DNA of 64,000 nt from an uncultured Acidobacteriaceae bacterium (GTDB lineage Bacteria > Acidobacteriota > Terriglobia > Terriglobales > Acidobacteriaceae): assembly GCA_963749985.1 (NCBI GenBank), contig CAVVOS010000006.1, forward strand, positions 429,590 to 493,589, written 5' to 3'. Positions 1 through 9,408 of the stretch are shown here, piece after piece (the first letter of the stretch is position 1; each line of letters opens with the position of its first letter). The translations under genes were made by a program, and so were the position numbers. The notes under the pieces were generated by a model. It was not told the origin of the DNA, made no database searches, and was given only the letters and a program-made list of their open reading frames with translations.

Positions 1-2180
1 ATTGCACCTTCGAGAACAAGCCCTTCGAGCCCGGCGTCCCCGCCTTTGAACTGACCAACACCGATGGCAGTGGCCGCTACCGGATTTACAAGGAGATCCT
101 CACCGATCCTTACCGCAACGTGGTTCTGCAGAAGATTCGCTTCGAACCGCTGCAGGGACAACTCTCCGATTATCGCCTCTACGCCCTGCTCTCGCCGCAC
201 CTGGCCAATTGCGGAAACGGCAACACCGCCTGGGTGGGTGACTACAAAGGCGTACCCATGTTCCTCGCCGGGCGCGACGGCACTGCGCTCGCCCTGGCCT
301 CATCCGTGCCCTGGAAAAAAATGTCCGTCGGATTCGTCGGTGCCTCCGACGGATGGCAGGATCTTTCCGCTCACTTCCAGATGGAGTGGGAATACCAGCG
401 CGCCGAAAATGGCAACCTCGCCTGCACCGGAGAGATCGATCTCGCCGCTTGCAATGGAGAGTTCGTCCTGGCCCTGGGTTTCGGCTCGAAGTGGACCGAG
501 GCCGGGCAGCAAGTCCGCTCCACCCTCCTCGAAGATTACTCGGAACTTCGCGAGCAGTACGTCTTCCACTGGAAAAACTGGCAGAACACTCTGCTCAAAC
601 TCGATGAACCCCCGCGCCAGTACGATCTTTACCGCTCTTCCACCGCGGTCTTACGCACTCACGAGTCCAAGGATTTTCTGGGCGGCATCATCGCCAGCCT
701 TTCCATCCCCTGGGGATTTAGCAAAGGCGATGAAGACCTCGGCGGCTATCACCTGGTATGGCCGCGCGATCTCGTCGAGACCGCGGGAGCGCTGCTCGCC
801 GCCGGCGCCGTCTCTGACGCAGTTCGAGTGCTCCGCTACCTCGAGGCCACGCAGGAGGCTGACGGCAACTGGGCGCAGAATCTCTGGCTCGATGGCCGCT
901 CCTATTGGGCCGGCGTCCAGATGGACGAAACCGCCTTCCCCATCCTGCTGCTGGATCTGCTGCGCCGCGAATCCGCGCACGGTCTGGGCAAATTGGAGCG
1001 CTGGTGGCCCATGGTGCGCAACGCCGCCAGCTATATTCTGCGCAACGGCCCGGTCACGCAGCAGGATCGTTGGGAAGAAGATGGCGGCTATTCTCCCTTC
1101 ACGCTCGCCGTGGAGATCTCTGCGCTCCTCGCAGCCGCCGACATCGCCGAACTCACCGGACACAGTGACGCTGCCTCCACTCTTCGCGACGCCGCCGATG
1201 CCTGGAACGACAACATCGAACGCTGGGTTTACGCCACCGGCGGCGATCTCGCCCAGCAGGTCGGCGTGGAAGGCTACTACGTGCGCATCGCTCCTCCGGA
1301 CACCGACGACGCCGCGTCTCCCACCCAGGGCTTCGTTCCCATCAAGAATCGTCCTCCCGGCAAAGACGGACAGAACACGGAGCGCGCCTTTCGCATTATC
1401 AGTCCGGACTCGCTGGCGCTTGTGCGTTTCGGACTGCGCGCGCCCGATGATCCCCGCATTCTAAATACGATTCGCGTCATCGACGCTCTGTTGCGCGTGC
1501 AACTACCGCAGGGCCCATGCTGGTACCGCTACAACGGCGATGGTTATGGCGAGCACGAGGATGGCTCGGCTTTCGACGGCACCGGCATCGGCCGCCCCTG
1601 GCCGCTGCTCGCCGGAGAGCGCGCTCACTACGAACTCGCCGCAGGCCGCCCCTCCGCAGCCGAAGCTTTGCTCTCGATGATGGAACAATGCCCCACCGGC
1701 CACGGCCGCCTGCTGCCCGAGCAGGTCTGGGACGCCGCCGATATTCCCGCGCTGGAGTTATTTCGCGGTAAACCCTCCGGCTCGGCCTGCCCTCTGGTCT
1801 GGGCGCATTCCGAATACATCAAACTTCGCCGCTCGCTGCGCGACGGTAAAATCTTCGACCAACCTCCCCAAACCGTACAACGCTACCTGGTCGAGAAACC
1901 CGCGCGGCAAGTTTTCGGCTGGAGGTTTAACAACAAGTGCCGCTCCCTGCCCCGCAACAAGAAGCTGCGCATCGTGCTACTCACCCCCGCTCTCGTGCAC
2001 TGGAGTATCGACGGCTGGACAACTTCCCAGGACACCAACACCCGCGACACCGGCCTGGGCACCCACGTTCTCGACTTGCCGACCGCCTCACTGCCCGCGG
2101 GAAGCCAAGTCACATTCACGTTTTACTGGCCGCAGGAGAGTCGCTGGGAGGGAACAAATTACAGCGTGGCTGTCGAGTAG
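1..2180 (+). CDS. Glycoside hydrolase family 15 glucoamylase/glucodextranase-like protein (5' partial)
   Basis: Track ORF 120..2180. The same frame stays open back to nt 3, so the start lies upstream of the window. Motifs typical of bacterial GH15: QQDRWEEDGGYSPFT, GRPWPLLAGERAHYEL, LLPEQVWD. About 100 aa of beta-rich C-terminal tail. Confidence 0.85.
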   Translation, partial: CTFENKPFEPGVPAFELTNTDGSGRYRIYKEILTDPYRNVVLQKIRFEPLQGQLSDYRLYALLSPHLANCGNGNTAWVGDYKGVPMFLAGRDGTALALASSVPWKKMSVGFVGASDGWQDLSAHFQMEWEYQRAENGNLACTGEIDLAACNGEFVLALGFGSKWTEAGQQVRSTLLEDYSELREQYVFHWKNWQNTLLKLDEPPRQYDLYRSSTAVLRTHESKDFLGGIIASLSIPWGFSKGDEDLGGYHLVWPRDLVETAGALLAAGAVSDAVRVLRYLEATQEADGNWAQNLWLDGRSYWAGVQMDETAFPILLLDLLRRESAHGLGKLERWWPMVRNAASYILRNGPVTQQDRWEEDGGYSPFTLAVEISALLAAADIAELTGHSDAASTLRDAADAWNDNIERWVYATGGDLAQQVGVEGYYVRIAPPDTDDAASPTQGFVPIKNRPPGKDGQNTERAFRIISPDSLALVRFGLRAPDDPRILNTIRVIDALLRVQLPQGPCWYRYNGDGYGEHEDGSAFDGTGIGRPWPLLAGERAHYELAAGRPSAAEALLSMMEQCPTGHGRLLPEQVWDAADIPALELFRGKPSGSACPLVWAHSEYIKLRRSLRDGKIFDQPPQTVQRYLVEKPARQVFGWRFNNKCRSLPRNKKLRIVLLTPALVHWSIDGWTTSQDTNTRDTGLGTHVLDLPTASLPAGSQVTFTFYWPQESRWEGTNYSVAVE

Positions 2181-2198
2181 GGAAGTTGGTACGTGTGG

Positions 2199-2218
2199 AG
2201 CGGACACTCCTGTCCGCT
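2199..2218. terminator. Hairpin between convergent genes (possible bidirectional terminator or dispersed element)
   Basis: Perfect 8-bp stem AGCGGACA/TGTCCGCT with CTCC loop, between stops at 2180 and 2286. It is followed by GCCTTTGACTTTGA, not a clean U-tract. Degenerate look-alikes occur near 24010 and 24365. Confidence 0.3.
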
Positions 2219-2285
2219 GCCTTTGACTTTGATCTTGCCTCTGCCTTTGATTCCAACTCTGAATGCCGTTGTGCCGATAGGAGCC

Positions 2286-4010
2286 TTACGCCTCCGCCGC
2301 ACTCGAATAAACGATCTCCACCACCGTGCAATCGTCATTCAAGGGATTCCCTGCGCAGAACTCCGAGACCGCCGAGAAAATTCCTTCCAGCGTCGGAGCC
2401 TTAGCTGCCGCCGCTTCCAGCCTGAAGTCTTCGAAGAAATCGCCCATGGCATTCTCCGCCTCGGTCACACCATCCGTTACCAGAATAAAGCGATCACCCG
2501 AATTGAGCTGGCAGCGCGCGCTTTCAAAGGTCGCATCGGCCAGCAAACCGACCGGCACATTGCCGTGCGGCGGCCGCATCACTTCCCCGCCACACACCAG
2601 CAGCGGCTGCACGTGGCCGCAGTTCACATATTCCAGGTCGCCGTCGCGGCGCAGGCGCGCCAGCAGCACGGTGGCATATTTTTCGCCCACCAGCTTTTCG
2701 GTGAAAAAACGGTTCACCGCCGCCACCACCTCCAGCAACGGCATGCCCGAACTCAAATGCGAATAAATCATCCCTTGCAAAGTGGAAGCCAGCAGCGCCG
2801 CCGACACTCCCTTGCCGCTCACGTCGGCGAGCACCACGGCGAGACCTTCCTTTGTATTCACCGCATCGAAGAAGTCTCCACCGATTTCCTTACAAGAAAG
2901 ATTCTTCCCGCGCAGCTTGGCAAACGGCACTTCGGGAATCTTCACCTGCATCAGCCGCTGCTGAATGCTGGCTGCAATCGTCAACTCCTGCTGGTAGCGC
3001 CGCGATTCTTCTTCCGCCTGCACCAGCCGCGCGTTCTCGATCAGCGACGCGGCTTCTGTCGCGATCGCCCGCAGAATGTCGTGGCCCACGCCGGAAAATT
3101 CCCGCGAAGCAAACCGCGAGTCCACATACAAAACTCCCGTCACCTCCGCCGCCGCGTCTGACACCGGCGCCTGCTGCTCGCGCGTCGACTGCACCTGCCG
3201 CTTGCGCAGCGGAATGCAAATCACGGTACGAAGATCGTAGGCCACAATGCTCTGCCGCGCCGCCAGGTCCATCGAACTGCCGGTGTCGGTGAGCAGAAAC
3301 TCCGAATTCGAACGCAGCGACTCGTCCAGCGCGGAATGCGAAATTGTCTTGTCATCCAGCAGCGGCTCGCCTTTGTTGTTGCGTCCCGCCATCAACCGCA
3401 GCTTGCCCTCGTCGTCCTTTAGAAAAACGTAGCCCCGCTCGGCCCGCGTCAGCCGCAGCGTTACGTCCAGCATGGTCATCAGGATTTCGTCGAGCACACC
3501 GGCGGTGTTCAACTTGGCCGCAGCCTCAAGAAACAACGTCAACTTTTCCAGATCGGTGGTTTCCTGCGAAATCTGGATTCCGGAAATCTGGCTTAAAAAA
3601 TCACGCGCCGTATTCGACGTGCGGTGCGCCGGATTGAAAATGGCATAGGTCGAATCGCGCGCCCCAAATTCCAGCCGGTCATTGCGCTCCAGCTTTTGCC
3701 GCTGAATGCGTTCCCCATTCACGAACGTGCCGTGCTTGCTGCCCAGGTCGACCAGAAAAAATCCGTCTTCTTCCAGAATGATCTGCGCATGATCGCGCGA
3801 CACCCGCGGATCGGCAATCACCAGATCCTTATCCACCTTGCGCCCCACACTGAAAGGAGTCCGGTTGAGAACAATATTTTTCTGCTCGTTTCCCTGCACC
3901 AGCACCAGCGCCGGAAACACGCCGGAACCGGAAGACGAACGAGCTATCGCATTTAAGGCCATGAGATTTCGCGCTGAAAGCGGCTCCATCCTTGTCGGGT
4001 TCTTTGCCAC
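2286..4010 (-). CDS. FHA-GAF-PP2C (SpoIIE-type) serine/threonine phosphatase
   Basis: N-terminal FHA (FSVGRKVDKDLVIADPRVSRDHAQI...GSKHGTFVNGERI), central GAF-like (RAERGYVFLKDDEGKLRL...ICIPLR), C-terminal PP2C/SpoIIE (CKEIGGDFFD...VLADVSGKGVSAALL...ILVTDGVTEA). Confidence 0.9.
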   Translation of the reverse strand: MAKNPTRMEPLSARNLMALNAIARSSSGSGVFPALVLVQGNEQKNIVLNRTPFSVGRKVDKDLVIADPRVSRDHAQIILEEDGFFLVDLGSKHGTFVNGERIQRQKLERNDRLEFGARDSTYAIFNPAHRTSNTARDFLSQISGIQISQETTDLEKLTLFLEAAAKLNTAGVLDEILMTMLDVTLRLTRAERGYVFLKDDEGKLRLMAGRNNKGEPLLDDKTISHSALDESLRSNSEFLLTDTGSSMDLAARQSIVAYDLRTVICIPLRKRQVQSTREQQAPVSDAAAEVTGVLYVDSRFASREFSGVGHDILRAIATEAASLIENARLVQAEEESRRYQQELTIAASIQQRLMQVKIPEVPFAKLRGKNLSCKEIGGDFFDAVNTKEGLAVVLADVSGKGVSAALLASTLQGMIYSHLSSGMPLLEVVAAVNRFFTEKLVGEKYATVLLARLRRDGDLEYVNCGHVQPLLVCGGEVMRPPHGNVPVGLLADATFESARCQLNSGDRFILVTDGVTEAENAMGDFFEDFRLEAAAAKAPTLEGIFSAVSEFCAGNPLNDDCTVVEIVYSSAAEA

Positions 4011-4169
4011 AAGGTCGGGCTTTGCCCGGCATTCGCGCCGCTATGCATAATGACAGGAATCAGGCCCCGGCGGGAAGAGCCTTTCGCTTCCTCAGTTTTG
4101 TTTTACCACCAGCGCCTGTTTTCGCGCACAGGAACACCCGTTATTTTCGGCCTATCCGTGCCCGCACCT

Positions 4170-5483
4170 TTACGCTTGCGGCCCCTGCTGTCTCCCTCGG
4201 ACATCCACCAGAATCATCGCAAACACCAACACCGGCGTGGCGAACGTCGCCAGGAAAGGCCACTTCCACCCGCTGAGCGCCCACGCCGTCGCCCCGCTTA
4301 GAAAAACAACGCTCAAGCCCAGACTGGCAATCCACTGCCAAGCCAGGACGAAGCCTCCCATCCCATATCCCAATCGAAACCCGCGCGACCGTGCCACAAA
4401 AAACGTTCGATCCCGTACCACCGCCAGCACTGCAGGCAGAAGCAACACCTGGTTATAGGGCGCGTACATCGGGACCACCAGCACGGTCAGCGCCATTACC
4501 AGCGCCGTCGCCCCGCCGAATTCCACCTCCTCGGCGCGCTGTCGTCGAAGTTTCCACAGAAACACAGCGCACGCCAGCACCGCCCCCGCCGCCAAAATCT
4601 TACCCGCAAACCCCCACGGCACCAGTTGATCCAGCACCGATTGGTTCTGCGTATAGCGGTGATATTGCCCGATCGCGTGCACAAACATCCGCCACCACCC
4701 CGGCAAAATAATCTCCGAGCCCGCCAGCAACAGCACCATCACCAGCCCAAAGCCAAACACCAATTTCCGTCGCGCCCGCCAATCGCTCACCGCCCACACC
4801 AGCAGCCACGCCACCAAAGGCCACGCCAGTTGCGGTTTGATCGTCGCCAGCGCCAGCAACGCTCCGCCGCAAAACAAGAACCCGCTGGCCACGCACGCCG
4901 CCGACCCCGCCAGCAGTGCCGCCACCAACAAGCTCAATTGCTGCAGCTTGATCCCTTGCACTGCTGGCACGCTCCCCAGCGTCAGGACGACAGCAGTAGC
5001 AGTTGCCAGCGGTGGCAACCGCCAGCGCAGCGCGCATAGCCACAGCCAAACGCTCGCTGCCGTCAGCCCCACGAGTAGCCAGTGAAAAAATATCTGCACT
5101 TCGTGAAACGGCAGCCCGATCAGCGGCGCCAGCAGAAACACCACATAAACAGGATAAGCAAACCCCTGCTGGTCCTTGGGATCATTCGGCCGCGCTGCAT
5201 CCAGCACGCGCCCGTAATATCCCTTCTGGATTTCTATCGCGATATCGTCGCCGTAAGGATTGCGCTGGTGCAGCAGCAGTTCCCTTGCACCCAGCCAGCG
5301 CGGATAAAGATCCGACAAATTCCCGCGCGGACGCTCATGCGCCGCCGCATCCGCCACCTGGTAGCCCACCAGAATTCGGTCGACATAGAACCACATACTC
5401 GCCGCGGCGATCACGGCCGCTAAAAACCCGAATTGCGCGCGCTTCCCCAAGGTCGCCGGCCATCTCCTCAATTCAGATCTCAA
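4170..5483 (-). CDS. DUF2029 / GT87-type polytopic membrane glycosyltransferase
   Basis: 437-aa protein with many hydrophobic helices. N-terminal region LSDLYPRWLGARELLLHQRNPYGDD...GFAYPVYVVFLLAPL matches the DUF2029 pattern. Paralog of 6620..7897. Confidence 0.7.
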   Translation of the reverse strand: MRSELRRWPATLGKRAQFGFLAAVIAAASMWFYVDRILVGYQVADAAAHERPRGNLSDLYPRWLGARELLLHQRNPYGDDIAIEIQKGYYGRVLDAARPNDPKDQQGFAYPVYVVFLLAPLIGLPFHEVQIFFHWLLVGLTAASVWLWLCALRWRLPPLATATAVVLTLGSVPAVQGIKLQQLSLLVAALLAGSAACVASGFLFCGGALLALATIKPQLAWPLVAWLLVWAVSDWRARRKLVFGFGLVMVLLLAGSEIILPGWWRMFVHAIGQYHRYTQNQSVLDQLVPWGFAGKILAAGAVLACAVFLWKLRRQRAEEVEFGGATALVMALTVLVVPMYAPYNQVLLLPAVLAVVRDRTFFVARSRGFRLGYGMGGFVLAWQWIASLGLSVVFLSGATAWALSGWKWPFLATFATPVLVFAMILVDVRGRQQGPQA

Positions 5484-5539
5484 ACAATCCGCCCCATGTT
5501 ACAACTGATCGGGCCACGCCCATCGGACGAAGATCAAGC

Positions 5540-6418
5540 TTGCGACTGCGGATCGCAATTTCGGCGGCCATCGGACTGGCCAGCGCCTTCTACTGCTGGT
5601 TCCTGCTGGCGCATTTTCAACAAGGCGCTGGCGACTTTACCTGGGCCATCTGGGCCGCACAGGACCTGCTCGCCCATCGCAACCCTTACCTGCGTCCCAT
5701 GCAGCTGTATCCCATCCCCAGCGCTATCTTTGGCCTGCCTTTTGCGTGGATGCGTCTCGACGTTGCCGGCGGTGCCTTCTACGGGATCAGTTCCGCTCTC
5801 ATGGCATTTGGCCTGTCACGCAACGGCTACCGTCGCCTGCTCGTCTTCCTCGCCTATCCTTATTGGGCCGGGTTGCTCACCGTTCAGTGGACGCCCCTCC
5901 TCGTGGCCAGCGCTTTTCTTCCACCGCTGCTGCCCGCCACGCTGGCCAAGCCGCAACTGGGATTGCCCGTGCTCCTTACCCGAGCAACGCGGCGGGGCTT
6001 GCTCGCCTGCGCCCTGGTCCTCGCACTCAGCTTTCTGGTTTTGCCCAGGTGGCCGTGGCTCTGGGTCGGCAACTTTCACTTCTATGCGCGATTTTTCCCG
6101 CTCCTGATCTGGCCCGGCCCATTGCTGGCTCTGGCTCTACTCCGCTACCGCGACCGCGACGCTCGTCTTCTCTTCCTGATGGCGATCACTCCTCAGCGCT
6201 GGTTCTACGACATGCTCATTCTCTGGCTCATCCCCAAATCGCGCCGTGAGCTGTGCGCCACCATCTTCATCAGTTGGGCCGCTGGCATCTGGCGCTGGTA
6301 CTACCCTCCTCACAGCTTCACCCAAGTCGGCCGTTGTGCCGTCCTCGTTTTCTACCTGCCCATGCTGATAATCGTGCTGCTGCGAAACAGACGGGACGAT
6401 ACCCCCTCAACCGTCTAG
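5540..6418 (+). CDS. DUF2029-like integral membrane protein (start uncertain)
   Basis: Track ORF 5003..6418 overlaps the divergent gene. Only the part from about 5540 (in-frame TTG, no nearby in-frame ATG) is membrane-like: GDFTWAIWAAQDLLAHRNPYLRPMQLYPIPSAIFGLPFAWM. Confidence 0.55.
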   Translation: MRLRIAISAAIGLASAFYCWFLLAHFQQGAGDFTWAIWAAQDLLAHRNPYLRPMQLYPIPSAIFGLPFAWMRLDVAGGAFYGISSALMAFGLSRNGYRRLLVFLAYPYWAGLLTVQWTPLLVASAFLPPLLPATLAKPQLGLPVLLTRATRRGLLACALVLALSFLVLPRWPWLWVGNFHFYARFFPLLIWPGPLLALALLRYRDRDARLLFLMAITPQRWFYDMLILWLIPKSRRELCATIFISWAAGIWRWYYPPHSFTQVGRCAVLVFYLPMLIIVLLRNRRDDTPSTV

Positions 6419-6474
6419 CCCGGAATCGCCGCTTGCGCCGTCGACCTCCACCGCGACCGGGTGGTGCAGTTTCA

Positions 6475-6648
6475 TTGTCATCCTGAGCAAGCGCTTTTTG
6501 CGCAGCGAAGGATCTGGGCGGGCCGCGCGACGGAGCCTGCCCTGAGCAAGCGAAGCGCGTCGAAGGGTCGCGGCTTGCCCTGAGAGAGCGCCAGCGACCG
6601 AAGGGTTCTTTGCGACCCATCAATCGCGCGTTTGGCTCGCTTCCTTAC
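6475..6648. repeat. GTCATYC-family dispersed element (long composite copy)
   Basis: TTGTCATCCTGAGCAAGCG...GCGCAGCGAAGGATCTGGGCG...AATCGCGCGTTTGGCTCGCTTCCTTA. Both termini are shared with 13846..13952; this copy has an extra internal segment. Confidence 0.85.
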
Positions 6649-7897
6649 CAAACTGCACCACTACCCTCGATCGCCCGGCCCCGGAAATCTCCCTGCCAAT
6701 CTCCCACGCCCACCACAACAACGGAATCGCCATCAGATTCACTCGGCCGGCCGCGAGCCAAAGCACGATCCACAGCGGGCTCAGCAAGACCGGCAGAACG
6801 GGAAGCAGCAAGGCAAATCTCCTACTCCGCGTCGGCATCTGCACACAATAGTCCAAAATCAAAACCAGTGGTAAGACGAGCAAACTCAGATCATGCGCAT
6901 TGGTTTGCCAGCCGATCAATCCTGATACCACCACAGCCAATGCAAATTGCAACTCAAGCTTTTCCGGTTGAGCCGTCGTCCGCCCCGCCCACGCTGCGAA
7001 AAGAAACAGTATCACCGAACTCACCAAAGCCACTGCGGACCAAACCACCTTCGGAAACAGGAAAGGCCAACCTTGCACCAAGCCATTCAGGTTCGGCATT
7101 AGTTCCAGCGGGATCCCTCCCAGACTCGGTGTCTTCACCACCTGCAGAACATATTCCGGATAGTGAAGCGCTCCCTCCCACCCCACCAACCCCACTGAAA
7201 CCAGCGCCAGCAAAATCGACACTGCCGCGAACCCCATCGCCACCCGCCTTCGCGTCGAGAGGATGAGTAGCAAAACAATCGGAACGATCAACTGAAACTT
7301 AAATATCCCCAGAGCGAACCAGCAGCCGGCGAGAAAATTCGCTTCTCTCTTCAGCGCATTGAACCCTAATGTGCAAAGCAACAACAGCAGAATAGAGTCC
7401 TGCCCCTGCAATAAACAGGCGAAAACTGGAAAGAATGCCAGGCATCCCAACACAAACTCCCAAGGCGGAATCGCGCCCAGCATACGAACCGATCGGCGCA
7501 GCAGCCAGGCCACCCCAAACAGGGCGCCGAAATTCAGCAGATCCCACGCCGCAAATGCGTGGCGATAAGGCAACTGAGTCAGCGGCATGAAGATCAATGC
7601 TTCAAACGGCGGGTGGATATAGGGCAACGGCCCGCGCCGCGAAGGGATCTCTCCCGCGAAGCTCTTCTGCGCTTGATATTGCACCTGCGGGTCATAAAGC
7701 CGATGCCCGAGTCCCCCGCGCAACACTTTGGCCGCGGTGTAGAAGACCGTGAAGTCCGGATACCCCCGGCTAATCCGCCCCCAAAGATTGACGACCAGCA
7801 GTAGGTGCAAGCCCACCATCCCAGCCACAAACATCCAAGCTAGGCGCCGCCATCTGCTCCCCCCAGCCGCCGCGGATTGTCTTTCCCTGGCCAACAC
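6620..7897 (-). CDS. DUF2029 / GT87-type polytopic membrane glycosyltransferase
   Basis: GYPDFTVFYTAAKVLRGGLGHRLYDPQVQY...LPYIHPPFEALIFMPL. Polytopic. The last ~10 codons (GKEASQTRD*) lie inside repeat 6475..6648. Confidence 0.75.
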   Translation of the reverse strand: MLARERQSAAAGGSRWRRLAWMFVAGMVGLHLLLVVNLWGRISRGYPDFTVFYTAAKVLRGGLGHRLYDPQVQYQAQKSFAGEIPSRRGPLPYIHPPFEALIFMPLTQLPYRHAFAAWDLLNFGALFGVAWLLRRSVRMLGAIPPWEFVLGCLAFFPVFACLLQGQDSILLLLLCTLGFNALKREANFLAGCWFALGIFKFQLIVPIVLLLILSTRRRVAMGFAAVSILLALVSVGLVGWEGALHYPEYVLQVVKTPSLGGIPLELMPNLNGLVQGWPFLFPKVVWSAVALVSSVILFLFAAWAGRTTAQPEKLELQFALAVVVSGLIGWQTNAHDLSLLVLPLVLILDYCVQMPTRSRRFALLLPVLPVLLSPLWIVLWLAAGRVNLMAIPLLWWAWEIGREISGAGRSRVVVQFGKEASQTRD

Positions 7898-8226
7898 GAT
7901 GGATCGCGATTGTACCCCTTACGCGGCGCAACCGGTTCAGATAAACTCCCTAGATCCTCCCGCTCCTGTTCCTCCACTGCGACGAAGTTCGCTTCAGCAC
8001 ACAGCTGTCGCAAGGCAGACCCGGTAAGGACCATCGCGAAACAGCACGGCAGTTACTTTCGGTATCCAAGAAATTACACCTGTGGGAGCATTTTGCGGGT
8101 TATTATGAGTTGGATTAAATCTCCCAGCAGAGTTGTGCGAAACGGGATGAAATCCCCCGGCGGCCACGGGGCGTGAGCCGCGCTGCGGAATGTTTTGCAA
8201 GATCGATCTTAAGGAGGCGGGAAACT

Positions 8227-8388
8227 ATGAATCAGCTTTGGAGATTGTGGCGCGACGAAGAAGGACAAGACATCGCCGAATACGCCGTTATGCTGGCCGT
8301 GATTCTTGTGATTGTCGTCGGCACCATCCGGCTCATCGGCTCGAACGCAAATAACGTTTTCTCGAACGTATCCAGTTCGATTCAATAA
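8227..8388 (+). CDS. flp: Flp family type IVb prepilin
   Basis: 53 aa from the internal ATG of track ORF 8173..8388, with AGGAGG 9 nt upstream. Flp motif EEG/QDIAEYAVMLAVILVIVVG (G-X4-EY plus a hydrophobic stretch). Confidence 0.9.
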   Translation: MNQLWRLWRDEEGQDIAEYAVMLAVILVIVVGTIRLIGSNANNVFSNVSSSIQ

Positions 8389-8473
8389 GAGTTTGCTCGG
8401 CGCGGTGCTAAATCGCCGATTCTCGCCAGCTTACGGCCAGAATCCGTGTCTTCCCACGGTCTAACGGAGTGCT

Positions 8474-9337
8474 ATGAACCGTACTCGTTTGTTGATGATC
8501 GGGGCCCTGGCCTTGGCCTTGGGAGCCATTGTCAGCCTTATCGTCTTCAAGAAGCTGCAAGGCGGAAGCTCGTCCAGCAACGAGCCCGGCGCCGACGTCA
8601 TCGTGGCCGCCGACGACATCCAGGTCGGCGCCAGAATCGGAGAGCATGACGTCCGCACGGTCCGCTACCCTGCCTCTGCTCTGCCCCCTGGGTTCTACAG
8701 CAAGCGCTCTCAAGTCATGGGGCTCGGCGTGATCCTTCCCATCACCAAGGGAGAATTTATTTTGCCCAGCAAACTGGCTCCCGAAAATGCCGGGTCCGGC
8801 TTGCCTTCTCTGATTCCTCGCGGCATGCGCGCCGTCTCCGTCCGGGTCAATGAAGTCGTCTCCGTCGCTGGCTTCGTCGGTCCTGGCACTCGCGTCGACA
8901 TCCTCCTTACCGGAACCCCCAACGGCAGCGCAGAATCTCAAACCACCACCGTTTTGCAGAATGTCGCCGTGATTGCTTCCGGCCACACTCTCGAGCGCAA
9001 TGCCGCCGGCGAAGCCCAGAACACTCCGGTGATCACTCTTCTGGTTTCGCCCGACGACGCCGAACGCCTTACTCTGGCCAGTTCCGAAGGCCACATTCAG
9101 CTCGCCCTGCGCAACCCGCTCGATACGGAGCAGGACGAAGTGACCGCGGCCAATGCCAAGGGGCTATACAAGGGCGGTACCCCAGTAGCGCCTCCGCCCC
9201 GCGTACATGTTCGTCCCGTGAAACAGAAAACTGAGCAACCGCCCCCCGCTCCTTCGGTCCTCAACGTCGAGGTCTACAAAGGTGACAAGAGAACGGTCGT
9301 ACCGTTGCCGGAACAAAGCGGTGAAGACCCTAAGTAG
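8474..9337 (+). CDS. cpaB: Flp pilus assembly protein CpaB/RcpC
   Basis: N-terminal TM helix, then a SAF-like and RcpC/CpaB domain (IPRGMRAVSVRVNEVVSVAGFVGPGTRVDILLT...LLVSPDDAERLTLASSEGHIQLALRNP). Sits directly after flp. Confidence 0.88.
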   Translation: MNRTRLLMIGALALALGAIVSLIVFKKLQGGSSSSNEPGADVIVAADDIQVGARIGEHDVRTVRYPASALPPGFYSKRSQVMGLGVILPITKGEFILPSKLAPENAGSGLPSLIPRGMRAVSVRVNEVVSVAGFVGPGTRVDILLTGTPNGSAESQTTTVLQNVAVIASGHTLERNAAGEAQNTPVITLLVSPDDAERLTLASSEGHIQLALRNPLDTEQDEVTAANAKGLYKGGTPVAPPPRVHVRPVKQKTEQPPPAPSVLNVEVYKGDKRTVVPLPEQSGEDPK

Positions 9338-9408
9338 TCGGAGAAAAGTTCGGCTTACGCGCTCTACGCGTTGCATTGCAGGTTTCTCATGTGGATAGGA
9401 ATCACACG

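Noticed and set aside
64-1464. Long alternative-frame and antisense ORFs overlapping annotated genes. Examples: 64..1464, 8408..9094, 10150..10926, 10994..12130, 14974..16068, 16595..17560, 17767..18813, 28047..29342, 32170..33288, 38741..39985, 42355..43212, 52499..53545, 55850..56995.
   Set aside because: These are typical high-GC shadow ORFs. Their translations are Arg/Pro/Gly/Ala-rich low-complexity sequence with no motifs. Each overlaps a frame that has clear family signatures.
5003-5539. N-terminal 180 codons of track ORF 5003..6418.
   Set aside because: This part overlaps the 5' third of the convincingly membrane-like gene 4170..5483 on the other strand. It translates to Pro/Arg/Ala-rich sequence. 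Only the part after ~5540 looks like a protein.
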